36,871 nucleotides of DNA, from IMG/VR virus record IMGVR_UViG_3300020432_000020, positions 1 through 36,871 of that record; one strand, given 5' to 3'. The notes beneath the pieces are model-generated. The model worked only from the letters and a program-made list of their open reading frames with translations, was not told the origin of the DNA and did not search any database. Of this stretch, positions 9,532-16,783 are shown piece by piece. Position 1 is the stretch's first letter. Every line of letters begins with the position of its first letter. The stretch is from a virus. Its lineage: Duplodnaviria > Caudoviricetes. The translations under genes were made by a program, and so were the position numbers.

Positions 9532-10710
9532 ATGCCTTCCTCTAAAGATCATTTGCTTGAATTTCATAAAAGCCTTGAGGCTTATTGTCGAACAAATCGC
9601 CAAGCCCAACTTTTAAACAGCTATATAGATAAAAATTATTCTTCAAAGTATGCAGCCCAAGACCTTGGTGTTGACGAAAGATATGTTAGAAGAGTAATAG
9701 CGCAACTAAAAAGATTGAGCGCAGAGGATGGTATAACTCCGTCTTTTGATGCGAGTCGATTCGTTGACGCAGGGCAGAAGATTAAAGGCAAATCGACCCT
9801 CACTAAAGATGATGAGGGCAATATTGTCTGGATTAAAACAACTGCAAAAGCCGCCGCAGAAGATTTAGCTGAGTCTGTTTCTGACACGGTTGCTTCATTA
9901 ACTCCTTGGCCTAAAGTCGCTAAACCCAAAACTACAGAAAATAAGTTATGCACTCTTTACACTATTACTGATTACCATATCGGCGCGTATTCTTGGGCCA
10001 GAGAAACAGGAGATGATTGGGATATAAGCATAGCGCAAAAGGTTTTGATAAACGCTGTTAATGATTTGATCAACGGCTCACCCAAAAGCAGTCAGGCAGT
10101 TTTGTGTCAACTTGGGGACTTTTTGCACTGGGATGGTTTGCTTGCAGTAACTCCAACAGCTAAAAATGTATTGGATGCAGATGGTCGTTTTGAGAAGTTG
10201 ACAGAGATTGCTACAGAGTGCTGTATCAACATAGTCAATTTGTTATTACAAAGTCATGATAAGGTTCATGTAATTATGGCAGAAGGCAACCACGACCTAG
10301 CAGCTAGTGTTTGGTTGCGTCTTTTGATGAAGCAGGTATTCGGTAAAAATAAAAGAGTAACTGTAGAAGACTCGCCATTTCCTTATTATAAATTTTCTTG
10401 GGGAAATAGCTTTTTGGGCTTCCATCATGGGCATTTATCAAGAATTAATAAAATGCCTGCAAAATTTTATTCTGAATTTGCTAGAGACATGGGACAATCA
10501 GCTTATCGTTATCTGCATACAGGACACTTGCATCATAAAGAAGTAGTCGAAGATGCTGGGGTTGTTGTAGAAAGGCATCCTACTTTATCAGCTAGAGATG
10601 CGCATGGGTCGAGAGGCTTCTCTAACTCTATAAGAGCAGCGCAATCAATAACTTACGACAAGGATTATGGAGAAGTAAGTCGTACAGTTGTTTATCCGAG
10701 GATTAAATAA
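9532..10710 (+). CDS. Calcineurin-like metallophosphoesterase with an N-terminal HTH-like region (392 aa)
   Basis: Metal-binding motifs in canonical order: TDYH, LGDFLH, GNHD, HHGH, GHLHH. N-terminal AAQDLGVDERYVRR is HTH-like. Confidence 0.85.
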   Translation: MPSSKDHLLEFHKSLEAYCRTNRQAQLLNSYIDKNYSSKYAAQDLGVDERYVRRVIAQLKRLSAEDGITPSFDASRFVDAGQKIKGKSTLTKDDEGNIVWIKTTAKAAAEDLAESVSDTVASLTPWPKVAKPKTTENKLCTLYTITDYHIGAYSWARETGDDWDISIAQKVLINAVNDLINGSPKSSQAVLCQLGDFLHWDGLLAVTPTAKNVLDADGRFEKLTEIATECCINIVNLLLQSHDKVHVIMAEGNHDLAASVWLRLLMKQVFGKNKRVTVEDSPFPYYKFSWGNSFLGFHHGHLSRINKMPAKFYSEFARDMGQSAYRYLHTGHLHHKEVVEDAGVVVERHPTLSARDAHGSRGFSNSIRAAQSITYDKDYGEVSRTVVYPRIK

Positions 10711-10967
10711 TGGACACCAACACGCAAAGACTACAGAGGGTCGAGGACAAAATTGATGATCTACAAAGGGCGGTCATAGTATTGGCGCAAGTTGAAGTAA
10801 AAATTGAGACTATATTTGCAAGGCAGACGAGCATTGAGAGCAAGGTGAACCAAATGGAGGAATCTATTAGGTCGTTGACCAGTAAGGCTGACAACCGTTT
10901 CTCTGAGCGCATATTCTGGATAATTGTGTGCGCTTCCATTGGTGTAATTGTGAGGATGCTAGCATGA
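10710..10967 (+). CDS. Coiled-coil protein with C-terminal membrane anchor (XhlA/holin-like, 85 aa)
   Basis: TAATG coupling, GAGG RBS, heptad-rich body, hydrophobic tail IFWIIVCASIGVIV. Confidence 0.7.
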   Translation: MDTNTQRLQRVEDKIDDLQRAVIVLAQVEVKIETIFARQTSIESKVNQMEESIRSLTSKADNRFSERIFWIIVCASIGVIVRMLA

Positions 10968-11149
10968 ATAATGTCGCGGAATTTCCCCCTGTAAAAACAG
11001 CAAAGTTGATCGAAGATTGCTTGTCAGAAATGGCTGAATTAGTTGAAAGTCTATTAGATAATGGCGTAGATTTAACCTCGGTAGTTGGGGTGCTTGAAAT
11101 AACAAAGCATCAAATAATAACCGAAGCTTTTGAATATATTGAGGAATAA
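10964..11149 (+). CDS. Hypothetical acidic protein (61 aa, MNNVAEFPP...)
   Basis: Start revised to ATG 10964 (ATGA overlap, GAGGA upstream). Confidence 0.7.
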   Translation: MNNVAEFPPVKTAKLIEDCLSEMAELVESLLDNGVDLTSVVGVLEITKHQIITEAFEYIEE

Positions 11150-11150
11150 C

Positions 11151-11405
11151 ATGATTAAAAAAATTAGAGCCAGTATGGTTTTATTAAAAAAAGGAAAATC
11201 AGTAGCAGACCCACAGAAATGGAAAAGTCACCAAATAACAGCCACAGCAATAACCGCCGCGATTTGGGCAGCTATCAATGCGGCTTCTGCTTGGGGGTAT
11301 GATGTACCGATTGATGAGGAAACTGTTGACGCTGTTGCTCTTGGCTTGCTTGCTGGCGTTAACTGGTTGCTTACATTATCAACGTCTGAAAAAGTCGGGG
11401 TGTAG
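11151..11405 (+). CDS. Putative holin (84 aa, two hydrophobic segments)
   Basis: Start revised to ATG 11151 after GAGGA; basic N-terminus; two hydrophobic helices around an acidic loop; lysis-region context. Confidence 0.65.
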   Translation: MIKKIRASMVLLKKGKSVADPQKWKSHQITATAITAAIWAAINAASAWGYDVPIDEETVDAVALGLLAGVNWLLTLSTSEKVGV

Positions 11406-11529
11406 TTTAGGCGTTGAGCCTGTTCCTGTGTGTCCGCATTGTCAATTTGAAGTGCAGAATATTATGGGCTACGCAGGGTTATTATTAACTTTGGACTGTG
11501 ACATTGAAACATTGAGGAAATCAATATGA
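11302..11529 (+). CDS. Candidate overlapping lipoprotein (o-spanin-like); start at 11299, 11302 or 11314
   Basis: +1 frame of the holin-like gene encodes MRKLLTLLLLACLLALTG-C (lipobox LTGC). It fills the 120-nt gap and ends in an ATGA overlap with the next gene. Confidence 0.5.
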   Translation: MYRLMRKLLTLLLLACLLALTGCLHYQRLKKSGCSLGVEPVPVCPHCQFEVQNIMGYAGLLLTLDCDIETLRKSI

Positions 11530-11801
11530 ACTTATGGACTTATTTAACTTGGGTAAAACGTCTTTGGACAATGGTAGCCGACATAGTAAGGCTAATAGAA
11601 GAGACAATTCCTGATGATGGGGCTGGAAGTCAAAAGCTAAAAGCCTTTGATATTTTGCTTAAAGCTGCGATAGAAAAAGCTGATGATATAGACGAGTCTT
11701 TTGACAAGTTGCAACCAGTAGCGCATGACATAGTTGGCGCTGTCGTTTCTCTCTACAACGCTACAGGATTATTCCGACACAAGGAGAAAGCAGATGACTA
11801 A
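11526..11801 (+). CDS. Hypothetical lysis-cluster protein (91 aa)
   Basis: GAGGA RBS; amphipathic N-terminus; G.G..K and AVV..YN..G.F motifs reminiscent of holin-associated proteins. Confidence 0.7.
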   Translation: MNLWTYLTWVKRLWTMVADIVRLIEETIPDDGAGSQKLKAFDILLKAAIEKADDIDESFDKLQPVAHDIVGAVVSLYNATGLFRHKEKADD

Positions 11802-11976
11802 GTTAATTGAAGAGCCTAATGTTTCACGTGAAACAATCCAATGCGGAACATCTTTTAGGGTCGCAGAATATAGCGAAGAAACCAAAGTGCTAAATATAAA
11901 ACAGCTTGACATAGTCGTTGCTACTTTTAACTGTGAGTCCAAAGAACACGCGCAAAAAATAGCTGATAAATTTTAA
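11794..11976 (+). CDS. Hypothetical protein (60 aa, MTKLIEEPNVSRET...) containing the parS site
   Basis: Start revised to ATG 11794 after AAGGAG; stop overlaps the endolysin stop (TTAA). Confidence 0.65.
   Translation: MTKLIEEPNVSRETIQCGTSFRVAEYSEETKVLNIKQLDIVVATFNCESKEHAQKIADKF
11820..11835. promoter_or_regulatory. parS: parS site (chromosomal ParB-binding palindrome)
   Basis: TGTTTCACGTGAAACA, an exact match to the widespread bacterial parS consensus. Confidence 0.85.
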
Positions 11977-12386
11977 TATTTATTTGTCTTTATCATTTGG
12001 CAGTATCGCTCTGCTCGATTGGTTACTTGTCCATACCATTTGGAGTCTTTGAAGTGGTGGCTGGCTTCTGACCAGTTATTTAGAGACATACTTTTTAGCG
12101 CCTTCTTAAAACGTAGGAGGCGAGGCAATCCTAAATTAAAGGCAATACATACGAAAGCATCACGCCTAGCTCCAGCAAGCTCTGAAAACCAGCTAAAAGT
12201 CTTGGTTAGCTCTTGCTCAACTCTTGCTATATCGTTTTTGAGCATAAGGTCTATTTCATCTTGAGAAAATGGTATCTGTTGAATGTTTCGACCTACTCCG
12301 ACCGTTAGCTGTTTGGCGGGACAAAAATAAACCCACTTGGAGACACCCTCATCTTCCGTCAAAATCTCAGCCGTTTTAAGCGCCAT
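11973..12386 (-). CDS. Endolysin, T4-lysozyme-like (GH24) muramidase (137 aa)
   Basis: E13-x8-C22-x5-T28 catalytic triad spacing, TVGVGRN, FNLG, SKWYGQV..RA motifs. Confidence 0.92.
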   Translation of the reverse strand: MALKTAEILTEDEGVSKWVYFCPAKQLTVGVGRNIQQIPFSQDEIDLMLKNDIARVEQELTKTFSWFSELAGARRDAFVCIAFNLGLPRLLRFKKALKSMSLNNWSEASHHFKDSKWYGQVTNRAERYCQMIKTNKY

Positions 12387-12421
12387 AAAAATAACCCCTG
12401 CTATTGGTATTACTTAAACGA

Positions 12422-12452
12422 TAAAAACCCCGAGAATCGCTCTCAGGGCTTT
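12422..12452 (-). terminator. Intrinsic terminator of the leftward early operon
   Basis: On the minus strand: GCCCUGAGA-gcgau-UCUCGGGGU followed by UUUUAU. The G-U pairs form only on this strand. Confidence 0.6.
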
Positions 12453-12464
12453 GTATTTTGGGTT

Positions 12465-12626
12465 TTAGTGTAAAATATTGGAGTTTTGCTGGGTTACTAT
12501 AAATTGTAGCCAAATTTGGGCTAGCATTTCATTCCGGTCAATCTGCCCATCAGCACAGCAAGTAATGATGGCATCAATGCTTTCTCGAATTTCTTTTAAT
12601 TCTTGTAAGTCTATTGATGCCTTCAT
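12465..12626 (-). CDS. Hypothetical protein (53 aa, MKASIDLQELKEIRESIDAIITCCADG...), below the ORF-track cutoff
   Basis: GGAGGGG RBS; starts immediately after the GGCT stop; co-oriented with the operon. Confidence 0.7.
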   Translation of the reverse strand: MKASIDLQELKEIRESIDAIITCCADGQIDRNEMLAQIWLQFIVTQQNSNILH

Positions 12627-12627
12627 G

Positions 12628-13188
12628 TTATCCCCTCCAGTTTACGTTAGCGGTTTCCCGCAAGTAACTATTTGCTAGTGCAGTTTCTAGTGAATCTTTC
12701 GGTATTTCAAAATCACAAAAACCATTCACTATGGATTGCAAATATCCTGTATCTGGCCTATAGGTTTCAGATTGATTAGTCATTTGGTATGTCATCAATC
12801 TTACTTTAGGCAGCAGGCTTGTTTCACTTCCATCATATATTGCATCAAAGTAAGTAATATTAATATCAAAAAACTTTTTATTGTACAGGTGTGGAAACCC
12901 TTCGTACCTGTCTAGCGCAGCTTCGCACTTGTTTGTTATTTCCCATATACCTAGCATTATTTCGGAGCCTTCGTTTTTCTCCATGTCAGCTACGCCTCTA
13001 AAGACTAGCTCATGGTCAGGCAGTCTTACTAAGCCAATTTTTTTGGCTCTAGGGCAGCGTAGTTTCATTTGCTTTTCGTTTAAGTTGCTTCCATAAGCTC
13101 CATACAGGTATGGTCGTGTCACCGTTTTTATCGGCTTTTCAAAGCTCTTGGATAGGCTTGGGTATTTCATTCGGTATTGCTTTGTCAT
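12628..13188 (-). CDS. Gamma-glutamylcyclotransferase (GGCT/AIG2-like)
   Basis: Y.AYGSNL...QM..RCP motif and LDRYEG catalytic motif; AGGAG RBS. Confidence 0.92.
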   Translation of the reverse strand: MTKQYRMKYPSLSKSFEKPIKTVTRPYLYGAYGSNLNEKQMKLRCPRAKKIGLVRLPDHELVFRGVADMEKNEGSEIMLGIWEITNKCEAALDRYEGFPHLYNKKFFDINITYFDAIYDGSETSLLPKVRLMTYQMTNQSETYRPDTGYLQSIVNGFCDFEIPKDSLETALANSYLRETANVNWRG

Positions 13189-13198
13189 GTCTGCTCTC

Positions 13199-14236
13199 CT
13201 AATTTAATTCGTCTTGTCTTTCGTTTAAGTAGTCAATTACGCTAGCTGCTATTCCATCTAACCAGCCAGTATCCGCCTCTCTCTCATAACGCGCTTCTTG
13301 GTTGCTATGGTCAAAATTGCATCTACCCAAACCAAGCTCATAATATAACTGCTGTAGTCTTGGTTGGCTTATATCTTCGTGGTTTGCTCTGCAAGTCAAC
13401 ACAGCTCTGCGCTCACTTGTATTATACAACCTTCTAACTTGTTGGTTGGTAATTTCTCCAATAACGCCTGTACTGCTGCTAATCTGCCACTTTTTAAGTC
13501 TACGGCTCCATACAAAAGTGTAGCCGTCATTTTCAAAAATGTTTCTAACTACGTTAAACCATCTCGATTTTGTTTTTGGTCTGGTTACATTGCCAGCAAC
13601 CGCTACAGATTTTTCTACAAACTTTTGTAAAAAGCATAACCAGTTTACTATTTTTCTAAATTCTGTCGTTCCACTATGCTGTCTAAATTCAATAGCGCCT
13701 CTAGTTGCAATGTTGGTCAAGTTTACTTTGTAGTATCGGCCTAGCACCATTGCGCCCTGCTGCTTTGTTCCGCAATTTCTCAGTACTCCTTTGCGGTCTG
13801 TTATGCTTGCAGCCCATTGTGTTCTACCTCTACGGCTCTGTGGCATAACCAAATCTATCTGGCCTTCATATTCAGCATAACGCTCATACACTGTGCGTAT
13901 ATCATTCATGCTTAGATCATTGCAGTCTAAGTGTACGTGTAATCCGCAGCTTCTATTTACCGTTACACCCTCAACACTATTTAGTGCTTCGCAAACTTTT
14001 CGTAACTCTTCTATGCCGTCAGCGCCTTTTAGCTTTGGGCTTACTAGCTCATAAGCATGGCCTCGTATGCTTCTCAGGCTACTGTCAGTAACTATTTTCC
14101 AGTATGGCCTAGTAGTATGGTTATAGTGCTCAACGTGGCAGTCTATACCAGCAGCTTGTATGGCTGCCATAACGTCATATTGGCAAGCACCAACAAATTC
14201 AATCTCAATTCCAAAAGTGCGGTTTGTAAAAATCAT
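13199..14236 (-). CDS. Putative amidoligase (Amidoligase_2, COOH-NH2 ligase fold)
   Basis: TFGIEIE, W.IV.DSS, ELVSP.L, SCGLHVH, RY..VN and IEFRQH.GT motifs; adjacent to GGCT. Confidence 0.92.
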   Translation of the reverse strand: MIFTNRTFGIEIEFVGACQYDVMAAIQAAGIDCHVEHYNHTTRPYWKIVTDSSLRSIRGHAYELVSPKLKGADGIEELRKVCEALNSVEGVTVNRSCGLHVHLDCNDLSMNDIRTVYERYAEYEGQIDLVMPQSRRGRTQWAASITDRKGVLRNCGTKQQGAMVLGRYYKVNLTNIATRGAIEFRQHSGTTEFRKIVNWLCFLQKFVEKSVAVAGNVTRPKTKSRWFNVVRNIFENDGYTFVWSRRLKKWQISSSTGVIGEITNQQVRRLYNTSERRAVLTCRANHEDISQPRLQQLYYELGLGRCNFDHSNQEARYEREADTGWLDGIAASVIDYLNERQDELN

Positions 14237-14271
14237 TTTTTAACCCTTTGTTGTCTAAGTAAGTAAAGCTA

Positions 14272-14293
14272 ATTATAAAGGGTATTATTTATA
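14272..14293 (-). promoter_or_regulatory. Conserved promoter/operator, copy 1 (amidoligase operon)
   Basis: TATAAATA-ataccc-TTTATAAT, preceded by TTGCAA (16-nt spacer to TATAAT). Confidence 0.8.
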
Positions 14294-14345
14294 TTGCAAG
14301 CGTTTTTATGAAAAAAATATAAAAAAATTTGTATTTTTGTAAAAT

Positions 14346-14621
14346 TTATTGCTTTTTTAGGGAAGCGATCAGTAAGTCTATGTAATGCTTGGCTTTTTCT
14401 AGGTCTTGGACTTGTTGCTCTTTGCGGGAATGCTTGGTGTTATACCGACAAACGTACTTAATTACGTTGCCTTGACAGTAAGAAAGATTGTTTTTTTCAA
14501 TAAATTCTACTGGCTGGATGGTCATTTGCTGGTAATGGTTTCCACCGACTTGTATGTTTTTGGCTTGTTGTTGTGCTCTTTTGATGGCTTCGTAGTCTCT
14601 AATGTCAAGCGGCAACGACAT
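14346..14621 (-). CDS. DUF3310 family protein (91 aa)
   Basis: VGGNHY...IQP.EFI...GNVIKYVCR...QDLEKA.HY; start revised to ATG after GGAGG. Confidence 0.88.
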   Translation of the reverse strand: MSLPLDIRDYEAIKRAQQQAKNIQVGGNHYQQMTIQPVEFIEKNNLSYCQGNVIKYVCRYNTKHSRKEQQVQDLEKAKHYIDLLIASLKKQ

Positions 14622-14660
14622 ATTAAACCTCCGTAATGCATCCAACAATCTCCGCATAGT

Positions 14661-15113
14661 CTATTCTCCGAGTCTTTTTCTGTGTTTGTTGATTTGATCG
14701 TTAAAGTCTTTAAGCATTTCTTCATATTCTGATGCGTATATTTTGCAGATGTTTTTTTGTGTGGCGAACATATTTTTTACGAAATCATAACCATAACGGT
14801 CTTGCATCCAAAGAGTGTATTGTTGAGCTGCTGTTCCGTTCCTCATTCCGAAACCGTTACACCCTTTGCATTGAGGATGAATGTTGTCTATCTTCAAAGC
14901 CCAATAAGAGCTTTTGCCTTTAGGTATAAAATGACCGCCATCCATGTCTTTGTAGTGTTGCTTTTTTCCACAACTGACACATTGCGCTATTCCAAAATCA
15001 TTAGTTGCGCTGATTCTGGCTAACAGTTGAATTGCCTTTAAGCATTTTGATCTCAGCGATTTGCTTTTTGACGATCTCCTTGAGTTCTTCACAGTCTTTT
15101 TTGAGTTGACCAA
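14661..15113 (-). CDS. ninG: NinG/Rap-like recombination endonuclease
   Basis: CVSCG...DGGHFI...NIHPQCKGCN motif set; start codon uncertain. Confidence 0.85.
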   Translation of the reverse strand: MVNSKKTVKNSRRSSKSKSLRSKCLKAIQLLARISATNDFGIAQCVSCGKKQHYKDMDGGHFIPKGKSSYWALKIDNIHPQCKGCNGFGMRNGTAAQQYTLWMQDRYGYDFVKNMFATQKNICKIYASEYEEMLKDFNDQINKHRKRLGE

Positions 15114-15201
15114 TGTTGCTCCTTAATTCGTTCACATTATCTAAGGTTTCTAAAAGAACCTCTGACTCTTTGTAGTCTAGCTTGAATGTTATTTCAGCCA
15201 T
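15001..15201 (-). CDS. Hypothetical coiled-coil protein (66 aa)
   Basis: In-operon ORF overlapping both neighbours; heptad pattern. Confidence 0.55.
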   Translation of the reverse strand: MAEITFKLDYKESEVLLETLDNVNELRSNIGQLKKDCEELKEIVKKQIAEIKMLKGNSTVSQNQRN

Positions 15202-15433
15202 AAAATTTTCCGGTTTTTAGTGCTCTGATAGTTTTTTCTGCTCGTCGTTGTGCCAAGACATCAAGGTCTTTGTATCTATGCTGCAAAAGAGCGATTGAAA
15301 AGGCTTTTGTCGAAACAGGGAAATCTTTTTCAATCAAAACAACATCATGAGACTTACGGTAAAACTCAGGGGATTGGGTTCCCTTTTGCTCTTTGCTCAC
15401 TTTCTCTTTCCAATAAGCTAAGTCTTTCGGCAT
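15194..15433 (-). CDS. Hypothetical basic protein (79 aa)
   Basis: In-operon ORF overlapping its neighbours. Confidence 0.6.
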   Translation of the reverse strand: MPKDLAYWKEKVSKEQKGTQSPEFYRKSHDVVLIEKDFPVSTKAFSIALLQHRYKDLDVLAQRRAEKTIRALKTGKFYG

Positions 15434-15599
15434 AAGGTTTTATAAACTTCTGGTAGATAACCATTTGAGCTTTAATAAGCTCTTCATAAGTATCTTTAGC
15501 GGCTCGTTCATCAATATTTTCAATACCGAAAACACTTATATCGTCATTAGCTTTGTGCAATGTTGGCATTATGTCTTGAAATATCATGTGTAACCTCAC
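15366..15599 (-). CDS. Hypothetical protein (77 aa)
   Basis: GTGA overlap with the upstream gene; the start may be the ATG a few codons later. Confidence 0.6.
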   Translation of the reverse strand: MRLHMIFQDIMPTLHKANDDISVFGIENIDERAAKDTYEELIKAQMVIYQKFIKPYAERLSLLERESEQRAKGNPIP

Positions 15600-16012
15600 T
15601 TTAGCTGGCTAGGCCATGCTACGTTGATTCCATACTCATTTGATAAATGCCTGTTAATAACATCATAGACTTTAACATATTCTACTGTTTTTGCATCACT
15701 TGTAGAACTGATGTTAAACATAGCTTCTTGCACTGGTCTCCAGATTAATTCTTTTACTAGCTGCGCACTCCAAGGAATATCTACTTCTTTTTTTATAAAG
15801 TATTGAAATTTATACTCTTGACCTCCCTCGTTCAGCTCTTGCGCTAAATTATTAAAAAACAAGTGTAGCGCAGCGTTCTGCAAAATGGTTCGCTGGCGAC
15901 CTGACTTTAGGGTTGCTGTGAGATATTTTTTTTCTTCAAATTCTTTTTTTATTGTTCGTATAAATCTGTCGAGCTGCCATTCATTAGTAATAAAATATTG
16001 TTCACCCATCAT
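15596..16012 (-). CDS. NinB-like protein (138 aa)
   Basis: RQRT..QNAALH N-terminal motif, internal ST and C-terminal G..V.WP; recombination context. Confidence 0.65.
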   Translation of the reverse strand: MMGEQYFITNEWQLDRFIRTIKKEFEEKKYLTATLKSGRQRTILQNAALHLFFNNLAQELNEGGQEYKFQYFIKKEVDIPWSAQLVKELIWRPVQEAMFNISSTSDAKTVEYVKVYDVINRHLSNEYGINVAWPSQLK

Positions 16013-16203
16013 CTAATCTCTATAAATTGATCCACGGTCATATTAAAAACCTTGGCTAGCTTTAAAACTCTGTCTATGCGTGGATTCTGTGTTTTAAGGA
16101 TGTGCGTTACGTTTTGGGGGCTAGTGTCTAATTTTCTAGCTAGCTCTGCATTAGACATATTAGCCCTCTTCAACGCGATTTTTGTAGCTTCTCCAATGTC
16201 CAT
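16009..16203 (-). CDS. Cro/C1-type (XRE) HTH regulator (64 aa)
   Basis: MSNAELARKLDTSPQNVTHIL...NP....VLKLAKVFNM; GAGGTG RBS. Confidence 0.9.
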   Translation of the reverse strand: MDIGEATKIALKRANMSNAELARKLDTSPQNVTHILKTQNPRIDRVLKLAKVFNMTVDQFIEIR

Positions 16204-16231
16204 TGACCACCTCTGTTTTTTCGATTAGGAT
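16203..16231 (+). promoter_or_regulatory. Sigma70-like promoter for the candidate small RNA
   Basis: TTGACC-N17-TAGGAT, overlapping the start codon and RBS of the HTH gene on the other strand. Confidence 0.6.
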
Positions 16232-16235
16232 AACT

Positions 16236-16304
16236 ATGACTCTCTCCAAAAGGTCGTTTGTTCTCCTCTCCTCCAAGCCTCTGTTTTACAGGGGCTTTTT
16301 TTAT
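16236..16304 (+). ncRNA. Candidate small regulatory RNA (~65-70 nt) with anti-Shine-Dalgarno tracts
   Basis: Bounded by a promoter and a U-tailed terminator on the strand opposite the surrounding genes; contains CUCUCUCC and UUCUCCUCUCCUCC; no ORF. Confidence 0.55.
16275..16304 (+). terminator. Intrinsic terminator (plus strand)
   Basis: AAGCCUCUGU-uuu-ACAGGGGCUU, with a run of 7 U starting at 16296. Confidence 0.75.
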
Positions 16305-16366
16305 TAGAGGGCGGTTTCGGTCACGTCACCGCCAAGACGCAAGGAGGGGTGTATGACTCCCCAGAC

Positions 16367-16783
16367 CTAGAAAGGTATATCATCATCAAATTGGTCAGTT
16401 TCAATTTTTGCGTTTTCATTAGAGCTTTTTGCGTTTTCGTCAGAACTTTTTGCGTTTTTCCCTAGGAATTGCACCTCTTTGGCTATTAGCTCAGTTGAGT
16501 ATGTTTTTATTCCATCTTTGTCATAGCTGCGAGTCTGCAATTTACCCTCAATATAGATTTTGTCGCCTTTGTTCACATAATTGTTAACCAAGCTGGCTAA
16601 TTGATTCCAAAAAACAACTCTATGCCATTCTGTTCGCTCTTGCTCTTCGCCTTTTTTGTCTTTCCAGACCTCAGATGTAGCAACGACTATGTTGCAAACC
16701 TCAGAATTGTTTTCTAAATGCTTGTATTCTGGGTCATTTCCGACATTACCTAAAAGTATAACTTTATTAATTCCTCTTTGCAT
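16367..16783 (-). CDS. ssb: Single-stranded DNA-binding protein
   Basis: RGINKVILLGNVG.DPE, TEWHRVV, IEGKLQTR, acidic tail DDDIPF; start revised to ATG after GGAGG. Confidence 0.97.
   Translation of the reverse strand: MQRGINKVILLGNVGNDPEYKHLENNSEVCNIVVATSEVWKDKKGEEQERTEWHRVVFWNQLASLVNNYVNKGDKIYIEGKLQTRSYDKDGIKTYSTELIAKEVQFLGKNAKSSDENAKSSNENAKIETDQFDDDIPF

Noticed and set aside
12478-12678. Plus-strand 66-aa ORF from the track
   Set aside because: It is antisense to a better-supported 53-aa minus-strand gene with a strong RBS.
16353-16370. Mini-ORF MTPQT behind AAGGAGG on the plus strand
   Set aside because: It lies downstream of the plus-strand terminator with no visible promoter; more simply the complement of an anti-SD tract on the leftward RNA.
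16403-16460. 21-bp tandem repeat in ssb
   Set aside because: It encodes the disordered linker (NAKSSDE NAKSSNE NAK); ordinary slippage, not a regulatory array.
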